NCBI GenBank assembly: GCA_965637545.1
Contig: OZ281495.1
Span: forward strand, 21,328,001 to 21,392,000
Origin: Phallusia mammillata
Lineage: Eukaryota
DNA: 64,000 nt
Direction: 5' to 3'
Below are positions 10,187-22,100 of this stretch, piece after piece (the stretch's first letter is position 1; every line of letters starts with the position of its first letter). A program made the position numbers and the translations under genes. The notes below the pieces were generated by a model. It did not search any database. It was not told the origin of the DNA and worked only from the letters and a program-made list of their open reading frames with translations.

Positions 10187-13100
10187 ATGAAACTGATTGA
10201 CGTGACATCCGCCTGTGCTGAAAAGCGACCAGCGCCGGATGATTTGCTTTCCATTGCAAGTTTGCCCACAGCGAAGCAGATAAAACTGGAATCAACTCCT
10301 ATTGTGCCTGCCGGGTAAGTGCGTATCTATTTAATTTCGACGCTTGTGAAAAAAAAAACAATTTGCGTAACGTTTGTTACTTTTTTACGCCGATTAAACT
10401 GCTAATAAGGATATTTATTTCTAAAAAAAGTATGAAAGTAGATATTGATGAATGAGTTGTTTTAACAGTATTTGCTCATGCATGTAAAACTTAAAAAAAA
10501 CTGACACAACACAGCTAATTTGGTGCCCTGGTGTAGTGCTAAAAATCGATAAACAGGGCAGGCGACAGAGTCATTTCGAAATGTTACTGTACCATGGAAG
10601 TTGTGTTGATTGATGATAAAGCCATATCCACCAGATCCGTTAATGGGAAGTGCTCTGCTAAAATTGCCTTTACATCTCCAACACACGCGAAGTATTCAAT
10701 CTACGTCGCATGTTTTCGTTGAATGTATTCCATTCTTTTCCATGTAGGCCTACTGTTTCGCGTAAATAACATCTAGCAGGCACTTGCGACATTTCGCCAC
10801 TAATATATCCATGTTGTATAACTGACCATCCTTTTAGACATCGACTATTCGTTTGACCATCTGATTTCTTTTAGCACTTCAATTTGTTCGAGCTCCAGCC
10901 TTTTATCGATTGAAAACGACCATTGCTACCTCGCTTCGTCTTTACCGAGTCAAGAGAAAAGTTCAAGTACGAACGACTTATGCGCAATTTTTCCAGCTGG
11001 TGCCCAAGAAGAACTTGAATCTGACTTTGAACCTTTGTTTGACGATTGGGACAGTTTACCATATGACAGTGACGACGATGACGGCGAACTGTTTCGATCA
11101 CTTATGGCGTCGCCAGTCGGAACCACAGATAACACATCAGTTCACGGATCGGAGGGCTATGGAACTGACACTTCCGACACTGCCGATACGTTAAACGTGG
11201 CTTCATCAAAAGACTCAGAAGTAACATCCAAACCTGCTCAAGTTGTGGCATCACCAAAACTGATAAAAGACAGTAATAAGCCATTTACACCTGTTTTTCA
11301 AGCGCATTCGCTTATACGTACACAGGCCACAAAAACTGTTGCATCAAAGTGTAGCCCTGTATTATTTTTAAACAAAAATTTAGAAAAAGGAAAGAACGCT
11401 GTTACAAGAGTGTATCACATTCCCAAACCCGACCCCACTCAAGGTAATAAAGTGGAAACACAAACACGAAAAACCGTCTTACTCCGAGTTGTACGACCTG
11501 CCAAAAGGTAAGATGAGTTTTCTACTTGTTACAAATTAAAGTCACAATATTAAAAAAATATTAATAGGGATATTTGCGATCAACACAGTTCGAGCCTGTT
11601 TTCTGAATTCTAAAATTGTTTTGCGTTACCAAAACTTTGCGTGCGCACGTAGCATGCTTGAGGTTAAATAATACCGGTAACCGGTGTGTTTACGTGGGCT
11701 GAATATTTTAAAAAAGTTTTGGCGGTCATGGTTATTTTGTTGAAAGAAAGTATTTCCCAAATTTTTCCCAAAAAATCTTACACGCTACGATCAGAAATGG
11801 AGAAGGCCGAGTGTGAAGGTAAAGAGAATACAAGAGCACGGCTACCAATCGGCGCGGGAAACCACCGCACGTTTATAAGCAATCGCGCCCTTTGCCGAGC
11901 TTCACTCCATTTGCCTCGTGACGTCTGGCTGGGCGTAGGGCTGGCTGCTACGTGTACGTTTTTGCTGCTTTTGGTTTTAGTTACTGTTCAAGTTATAGCC
12001 AGTACATTAGGCTGTTGTTTACTCACCAGAACTGCAAACAAAAAGCCATTTTTGGACAGTACTCAGATATTGCTGTTGACAAGTACTATTTTCAAAAGTC
12101 CAGATTAGAGTATTGATTGACTCAAGACAGCACAAAACTCATTTCATACTTTACCAAAACTCTGGCAGAAATTAACCGAATTATATTTGATTCAGAACTT
12201 TAGCTCAGGAGTTTGGGTTGTTGTGCCTTTATTACACATACCAAACATGGCGACGTAGTAAGACTCCATTTTGTCGAGGGTCTGGTTGTTTTGTCGATTT
12301 CGTCACGCCTGGTTGCACACGGATTGCTGGTACAGGTTGCGTTAAGTTAAGCGAGCCGACTGGTAGTTATCTGAAACAGCCTGCAGCGTTTTTTCTGCTG
12401 ATTTTCCGAAAACCGGAAGACCACTTTGAACAGGTTAATGCAATTTTTTGCCTTACATGATAGAGCTGTTGCATTAAAACACGCCATTGTTTCAAAAAAT
12501 CACGCTGTAGTTTGTCACGTCACGTTTTTAGCTGTCAACCAATCACATAATCGTTTAATTTCTCCGGATCGATGTTACTTATCCAAACCCGTTAGACTTT
12601 TTAATACCTCTTTTTCATGTTTGTATTATACTGAAGGAAAATTATATATTTTTAGTGCTTCTTTACTACAACAAAATCGAAACAACAACAATATCACGAT
12701 GAGTCGAGCAAATTTAAAGATGGAAATGGAGAGGGCAAGGGTAGGTTTGATGTATAGTAATAACAACAGTGGTTTGTTAAACTGATGTTTCCATTTGTAT
12801 TGGTGTTGTTACTGATGTGCACCTGCTAAACGAACAGTCAATAATAAAGCCACTACTTTAACTTTAATTAATCCAATACAAATTCACAACAAAGCCTTAT
12901 TATGGTCTAATTTCATATTTTTTGTTGTTAACTGATGTTTCTATGCAAAACTGATTATTTCAAACATAATATTGTCATGATATCATAAATTGTATGGATT
13001 GTTTTTCTGTGATTTTACACTTAGCATCACACACAATTTCTGGCAGTGCATCTAAAATATACAGGATCGCTTGATGCACTCAACATCAGTTGGTGCACCC

Positions 13101-16100
13101 TTATATCCCTTGATGCACCTTTATATCGTGCAGTGCACCCCTATATTACTTGGTGCACCTTTATATCATACAGTGCACCCCAATATTAGTTGGTGCGTCT
13201 TTATACCATGCAGTGCACCCTTATATCCCTTGATGCACCTTTATATCATGCAGTGCACCCCTATATTACTTGGTGCACCTTTATATCATACAGTGCACCC
13301 CGATATTAGTTGGTGCATCTTTATATCGCAATATTGGATCGCTTTGTGTACCTTTATGAATGTTAAGGTGCACCAAGCGATCCAAGTTTTTATGTATATT
13401 TTAGGACTTTAGATGCACCCAACTTTCAGCTACATTATCTACTTTGTAACAAATATTTGTTGTAGCATTTGAGTAATAGCAAGTCAACTATGTCATGTGT
13501 ACAAAATATTATGATAGAGATGCAAAATTGTTTTTGATCCTCTGGAAATCGTTGCTTAAAGTTGCTTTTTTGACGGTTGCTGCAAATGGATTAGAAGATA
13601 TGTTTTTTTTACTTCTTCAATATCAATCAACATTTTTCAGGCCCTGCAGGAGGAAAAACAGTCGCAAGAAATCCGTGTAAACAAGCAGCTTTCTGCCCCT
13701 AAAAGTTCAGCTACCTCTTCCATTAACTTTCCATCTATATCAGTATCTACTCCACAGCTGCCTTCAGCCATATTAAAGGTTTGTAGCAAAAAGTATTAAA
13801 ATCAAATGATAGCAAGGCACAGTTGTGTTGTAGCATATTGCTAATAACATGCATATGGTATGAATATGGGTTAGCTTAACAAGTTTTTGTAGTTTTGCTT
13901 TAGAACCACAGAAAAGCTCAATGCAAAAGCCCAATGGTAAGATATGTAACCTATTTATGAAAGTCATTGTTGATTATTATGCAGAAATATTACTATGTAG
14001 TTTATGTATTCATATAACTTAACATAGTTATATATCACACACAAAGTCATGTTGTATTTTTATGTTTTTGTCAATTCATTATGTATTTTGGAGGGGAACT
14101 TGCCATTTTTTGTAACATATGACTCCAAAGACATGATTTTTCAAATTTGTTTTGACACACAAATTTGTTTGACACAGAACAATAGTAAATGTAGGCTTAT
14201 AACATTCTTCGTTCTTGCAGTATATATTTGGTTTACATGGATTGACCTTTTTTTGAAGGGGCATATTGGCTAAGTAACTTTGTGTAAAAAGGTAGTAAAA
14301 GTAATACCCAAGCAAAAATAAACAGATGTAAAACTTTATAGCCGTTCCCAAACAATACTGAATTGTCATCCATTTTACTATTACTAAATCAATCTACTTT
14401 TGTTTTATAGTATGTGTTGTGCAGTTGGCACTTCACTGTTTTTTTTTAACTATTTTATTCTAGGTGTAGATTGTTTGAGTTTGGATAGGCAGAAAGCACA
14501 ACATAGCATCGTTTCTTAACCTTACATGTGTAAAGGATGCTTCAGTATCCAAGCAGAACATGCATAAAGATAGCCGCTTGATTTGCCTAGGTTGCTAAGC
14601 AACTTTAACATAAATGAAGCTTTGAGACACATATTGACGAACGATGTTTAGATTCGAACATTGTCTAAAGTGGAAGTCAATATCGAGTTTCCCGTATTAG
14701 CCACGCATTTCCCTTATCCGATTGCTATGTGAGATTAAGTAGTTCGTGGGTGAAAACCATTAGCCATAGCGGGCGTCACTTTCTATCCACACCGGATTAA
14801 AAACTCCTACGGCTTTTAACTTCCTAGTCATTCCCGCATCGTCTGATTAACTTGATATTAAATTTGCGTTCTAAAGTTAAATCGCATCCGAAAGCATTTT
14901 TTCCTGCGCTACATCATCAACACGTTCAGTTGAATTTAGACTTGCAGTTCGTAACATTGAGCCAGTGTAAGGTATATGGTAGAGGATGACGAACGGTGGT
15001 GTACAGTTGGAAAGCATGTCAGACCATAGTAGCTCAGCATGTCCGCCGCTAGTGGGCGATGTATACAGCAAGAACTCATCAGCTAATAGTTTTAATCCTA
15101 TGAGGTACATTCCACCGAAATGTCGCCTCAACAAAGATGATACAGGTTGTCATGCACAGAATACAGGTCGCATGCCGTGGCAAGACGGCCAGGCTATAAC
15201 GCATGCTGATAGTTTACAGTCAGTGCCAGCACAACGGCCCCATGCCCTTGAATGCTCCCCACATTCATGGCAAGGCAGTAACGGCCAAAGCGGTAACGTT
15301 GCCGAGGCCAATATGCGGTACAAGAAAAGTGTTGTATACGGAGCTTATTATCAATGCCAGGTTCGAACTTGTATTCTTTTTTATTTTAGTTTATGGGTGA
15401 AATCAAGTGACTTTTAATAGTTCACAGTAATTGTACACCACCATACAAGTGGAATAAACAACACCTGTAATATATTGTACAAACCGAACTGTCTATAAAA
15501 CAAAGTAATTTAGATTACATTTTGGCACCATTACAATCCCATTTTTCGGTTTTGCAACTTAAATTCAAACAAAACGGGGACTTCGCAGAATTTGCATATT
15601 TCTTGTGGCCGTTCCAAAATCTCTCAACACGCCGCAAAATTTCCATAAACTTGGTTGCCAATAATGACGTAATCTTATTTTGTGCCAGGTCGAAACTCGT
15701 CTCGAGAATCCCACGCAGTATTACGTGAAAGAAACGCAGCGTAACCAAGTGCGTGACTACCTCAGCCAATCACACGATGGTACGAAGTATGTTGTCCGCC
15801 AGCTGCTTAACCCTGCATCAAGTGCTCCTGCAGGCGGTAAGTTTGTTAGAACTGTAAAAGTTCATAAAAGGCAGCCAACTGTTTATTCCAACGTAGAAAA
15901 GTAAAGTAAGATTGTTTTGCCAATCCCGATTCCAGAACCATTCACCGACAATCAATCGAACTTAATGTTTGAATTGTCTTTACATAAGTAAAACATATGA
16001 CATTACTTTTTTCTTACCTTAACCGTGATAAAAAGTGTTTTGTCCAGCATGCTTTTCGTTAATAAATTTACACAAAGGTTTCTTTATCTATTGCGAAACT

Positions 16101-19100
16101 TGGCACTTGGTCTTCAAAAGGCTCTTGCGTAAGGGCAGTAACATTTCTGCAACCAAATTTCAACGACACTAGTCGTTATATGTAGCACATGCGCCGTTAC
16201 CATTACATACTCCAACATTCACTTGTGGCAATACACGAAATCAAAAGGCGCCGTTATTTCCATGTAACACGTGCTACTTTCATGCAATACTTGTGTGGTT
16301 ACAGGTGATGGGCACCTCGGCAGCACACCGGCCAGTCCGATGGCGCGACTCAATCTCTCTACTGATTCGGTGAGTCATTCCCACCTTTAGCTGTGTAGGC
16401 CAGTCATAAGATGGCTTGCTGTGGATTGCAACATGTCATTTTTGTTTTATTGATTACAGCTTGCTAAATTGTTGGCGTAACTCGTTAGGTTACTGAAGTG
16501 TAATTGGCGCGAATGTTGACGAATCAAGACCCGACTGAGATCGAAATGTCAACCGGGCAGTGCTGGTTTACATTGGGCACTGCACACGGTCCGCATATGG
16601 ATTTTTCTGCTAACTATAGATTCGTGCGCACTTTACATAAGCTACTGTTGTTGCGCTTGTTGCATACACACTCTAAAAGTTGATTTTCAAATAGCTTTGT
16701 GTACAAAACAACCTTTCTTGGCGCTAAATAGATTTTTGCAAAGGTTTAAAATGCGTAGGGTAGAAACTTCAATCAAGGGTTTGGTATAAACGCTTTATAT
16801 CTGTTTCCCTAAAAAAACTTGATAAGGGTTTAATTAATAGTAGTTTGATAAGTTGCTTGACACATTGGAGAGTCGTGCTTATCAACAGACCTTTAGTTGA
16901 TGCAAAACATGGTTAAAAATATTCTGTCTGAATCCCAAAAACCTTTTACCAACTAAGCATTAACTAAGCCGTATGAAAGTTACCAAATATGGGCATACGT
17001 TATAACGAGAACAACGATAGTAGATTTTTCACTGCACTGGTTCTCAAAGACGTAAATGCGTGAATTTTTATTCACCCCCATCGCGTATTGTTGATTCATT
17101 CCGCGAGCGTTGATTATTACGTCACATGGGTTTGATTGACGTGCAGGTCTCCATCTACCTGCCCGCACTTTTTTGCTTGCCGCAATCCTGTGGATATAAA
17201 TATCGTTGATGGTGAGGGTTTTGCGACATGCGTTGCAAGCTGGCAGCAAGTTGGTTCTTGTAATTTATCTGTTAAAAAGTTGGTTACTGACATTTTTGAG
17301 TTGCGATAAAGATTTAATACACTGACATGCGTTGTGGTAAACTGAGGTAAAGCCTTGTAGTGTTGCGAAATTTCTCGGTTTTGTTGGCATCAGCCGGTTG
17401 CGTCATTCCCTGTAGTCCGAGGGGCATTTTCCCATAGCTCAAAAAACACCGCCCAGCGCGTATTGTTCTGTCGATGTTGATTCCGCGATCAAGGAAAATG
17501 ACAGTGGGGTCAGTCATTTTGCTGGACGCTGATCTTTCGCATCTGAAAGATTGCGTGGTGTGACTCAGCGCCTGGAGTTGTGTTGAGGACAATTGGGCGC
17601 TGCCCTGGAAGCTTTCTCTCGACAAAAGCCAACTCCGTGTTTGGAAGGCCCCGCGCGAGATGCATTGGATACTTGCGATGACCGGGATGGCGTATTATAA
17701 TCATTTGTCTGTGGCGGGTTACGTTTAGATGAGAAAAACATGCGGTTGGACCTTGTGATGTTTTCAGTCTTCGCGCGTCTGTGTTTTCGAGGAGTCTAAA
17801 CTGTTTACAATAGTGAGGTATATCTTAGGCCCAGGTGTGAACTTGGCATGGTTTGTTTAAAATATTTTTGAGAGTTGGTTGGAAATTGCCAGGTTTTGGA
17901 AAAAATACTAAATAAGACAGAAATAAAATTTAGTTTGGACAATTAGCTGGACCGTCTGTGCAAATTTTTCGATTTTCTAGAAATTAAGTTCATATGAAGT
18001 CGCTGACACAAGTAACAGTCATAGTTGTCAAATTAATTTAACTAGAGGTAGAGTAGGAGGTATTTGAATTATAACGGTGGTTTGGTAAAATAACAGAACG
18101 GAAGTTTGGACGTCGTAATTCTGGAAAATGCCACAGCAATCACATTTTAGTGTTTTTGCGAGTCAGAATTAAAAAAAAAACTATTCCGAGTATCAACGCT
18201 TCAGCTCGCTTTGCGTCAGTTTTGCGTTCATTTTAAATAATTAGGAATACCCCTTTTCCGTGCTCACCCGCACTTACAGTGTATGTAGATTATGCGCTTA
18301 AAGTTTTGCGGTTGAGACTAGAGAAGAGGAACCAATTACTTGTACTGCTGCAAATCGTTAAATTTGGGAATGTATATACTTTTGCTTTTAAGCACCTAAA
18401 ACATAAAAATACTATAACCCAAACAGTTTTAATTTTGGGGGAAACAACACAAGCTAAACGTTGTATAAAAAGACTTCACCCTAATGCAGACGGCTAAATT
18501 TAACATTGGGGTTCACCATATGCGAAGTTGATTTTCCATTTCCTTGCTGTTATTGACTCGTGCATCCACGTGATGATATTGAACTCGTTGGAGTCATATC
18601 TAGCCCACAATGTTCTAATCGCGGAAGTATATTAAAGTTTCCCACAATCGATGTTAGTCTGTCGTGAAAAGATTCATCCAGTCGGCATTGTTTAAAACCC
18701 AGAATAGTGTTTTGGATCGCCATGCGGAAATTGCTTTAAAACTGCCTCGCTTAGTTTCCGATTTCGGTGTAATATCCATTCAGTCAAATATAATCACAGG
18801 ATGAAGTGCAACCAGAGTAGGGTCACCACAAATAAAGAACTGTGACTGTGCTGACATTTTTCGTTTCTATAGAGTTCATCATTGTATTGTGTGTCCTAGA
18901 CTTTGACTTTGGAATATTTAGAAACGAGGCAGCGCAACCAACGCTTAAACGCAACTGCTTTAAATATAGTTTTCATTGATACCAAACTGCGTCAAAGCAC
19001 TATTTGTGGTGATGTTAATAACGTTACCAAAAATTAGCAATTTTTTGCCATTTACGATACCAACTTCTTTTACGTTATTCTGCCTTAACTTGAAAAGTGC

Positions 19101-22100
19101 TTCTGAAAATACGAAAGCCGCAAAATATTTTGTCGTCAGTGTATTTTCGCTAATTTCCCCACAAAGCGTTCTAATGGGCACGGTTACACAAGTATGCGAA
19201 GGGGTGAAATAGTTACATCATGCGAATGGTGAATTTCGTAGGGAAATTCCAGCAACGAACTTGGCAACGTTCCAAATAAAGTTATCTTGCGCCACGTTTC
19301 AATAACCTTGATGAAATACGTGCACAATCAGGGCGTCACCTCATACGCGGCCCCGCCCCTCGTGGGCTGACAATATTTCCAGTTTTATCGCCACGTCTAA
19401 CCATCGATCTTCAGAGCTGCCCTGTCGCTGGCTTTCGCAAGTTCCTGTCATTGAAACTTTGTTTACCAGTTTGTAAAGCCATAAGCAACGATGACAACAC
19501 AGTTTTTTCATTGCAATGGATTTTATTCTTGCATCCGTTTTCCCGTATCGGAAGCATCTATGTCGCAATATTCGTTTGTCCTCTGTTCTTGTTTTAGATT
19601 TTAATTTGTCTCGTGCTATTCACTCTAGCGCAACACCTGCTTTGGCAAAGTCCGCGTGAATAGAACAAATTTAGGCATCGATTGTTAAGTTAGTTGCCTT
19701 GTGTAACAGTCCACTGCTATCTGAACCTGCCATGACGTGGATGTATGAATACGCACATTGGCAGCCTTGGTGGCAATATGAAAACCCTTATTACCACACG
19801 TCCCAGGTAAATAAAAAAATAAAAAAAAACATAGCGCCACTCAATCGATAACATGCCGTGTGTGGATGCATTGTATACTTATGTTTCTATTGTTTGTAGG
19901 TAAACGAGATTGTGGACGACATTGTGAGCATTGAGTCGAGTATGGGAGATGAGCACTTCCGATATGATCGCACTGCGAATACGGTACACTGATTGGCAAA
20001 ATTTTTAATCATATATCGATCTGTTGATAAATAACAAAAAGCACCCAATTGTGAATGTTTTTGCACCTCTCCAACATACAAAGCAAGCAATAACATGTAA
20101 CCTTCGCAAATGCAATTCCCACAACATATTTGTATCATGATTTGTACATTTTTGTTTGCAGCTTCCAACAATTTCACCCAACCAACTTGACACGTTTGCG
20201 TTGGGAGCCTCACAAAATCTCGGGGTAGTTCGGAAAGAACAAACTTCATCGTCGTATCCTCTCGTCAAACGGGAACTAACGGACGACGAGATTCGACATT
20301 TTACGAAAGACAGAATCAAAAAAGACAACCACAATATCAGTGAGATACAACTCCTCACAATATTACTTTATTTTCGTAATAAACTCTCTCGGTTAGGCAT
20401 TCTTGGAAAAGACTTTGCTTCTCGAACAAACTTACACGATTTACTTTTTTTTTAAGTTGAAACATTGTTCAATCTAAGTTTAAACCGAGTTTCGGTAAGA
20501 ATTCCAATGCGAGCAACACGGTAGTCGTCATGCACCATAGACATGAGCAGTTATGAATCACCAACTATTCGTGCTCCTGTGTAGTTGAGGGTTGCGATAT
20601 TCCAAACATCTAGTTTGCTCTTCACCTATTGCGGCTTTTAGCACGAAATTTTATAGCATAATTTTTACTTTCAGTTGAGAGAAGGCGACGTTACAACATC
20701 AACGACCGAATTAAGGAGCTGGGACACATGGTTCCGAAGTCACTCGACCCGTAAGTTGTTGTATTCAACTTTTTGGGTGGCTTAGGAATGTAGGAACGCC
20801 TTTTCACCCCTTAAAAAAGTTTGTGGGGGTACGACCACTCACATCAGTGGTAAAGTCATCATCATCATGTCACCATTTAAGTGCTTAAAGTTTTGTTTTT
20901 TGAACGTTACGTGAAGGGATGTACATTTTTTTGTAGTTACTAAAGGGTTACTTTTTTGTAAGTCAATTTTTTTGCATTGGTAGTAAATTTATTGTGTTAT
21001 CTATGCAATGTCCTTAACTTAATCAAAAATGCTTGCTATTCCGGGCCTATTGGGAAAAGGGTCTAATTTTTTATTGGCCGTCGCATTGAGGTAGATTGTT
21101 CTCTAATGGTCTAATTCCTATTGCTTGAACACAGGGACGTTCGCTGGAATAAGGGATCGATTTTAAAGGCAGCAGTCGATTATATTCATTCGCTTAAGAA
21201 CGAGCAAGCACGCTCCCGGCAAGTTGAACAGAGGGCAAAGCAAATGGAAAACATGAATAAGAAGTTACTGCTACGAGTTCAGGTACTATTTAATGGACCT
21301 AAAAAAACAATGGACACTACATCGCTTTTTTTGGGGGGAAAAATTAACTGGAACATTTATGAGGTTGTGTCCAAATTTCTGACCGTTGCTTTGTGTTTAG
21401 GAACTAGAAATGATGGTCCAACAAAGCGGGATCCCCGTCTCTAGTGATCAGACGGACAAACAAAACATGGTACAAACCCTGCTTACCGACTCAACGTCCC
21501 CCACACGCGATTTAAACTTCACAAAAGGTTTGATACAGCATCATATATTAAACCAGGGGCCGGTAACCTTTTTAACACTGCGGATCGGTTTGAAACTGAA
21601 ATTATTATCACGGACCGGCCTTTAAAAGCCACAAATGTTTCGCACTGAAACTAATTACAGTTACTACAACTTTGATTTAATGTGAACTTTGAGCAAGTTT
21701 TATGCGGCCCGGTAACAAACTCCTCACGGACGCCCGGTGGTTGGCGACCACTGTATTAAACCGTATCAAATTTTGGGATTCCACCGTACTTTAAAAAGCT
21801 GTTTTTTGTTTTTTATGTTTTGCATTAAACTGAAGTTTTGGACTTGTATTAATGCTGTATTTTGTCAGCATGGGTACTAACATGATATTCGTATTTTAGA
21901 GCAAGAATTGCAAGTTTCAAGTTTTCCCTCGAATCCCGTGACACCATCGTCACATTCCCCTATACTGGTCACAAGTCCACCCGGCACATCCAATGACCAA
22001 GTTCTGGTGTTTCAGCCAGGCCAGCATCATCACACGCCTGTCGGTAGCAGCGACCAGCAACAAATGGGACACAACCAGGTACTATCATACCTAAGAAAAG

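Noticed and set aside
13075-13330. CRISPR-like repeat-spacer appearance
   Set aside because: The spacers are themselves repeated with a 120-bp period, the context is eukaryotic and there are no cas genes.
17314-17704. Minus-strand ORFs in the large MITF intron (possible nested gene)
   Set aside because: No domain similarity or coherent splice chain; the GC-richer composition is more consistent with regulatory DNA.
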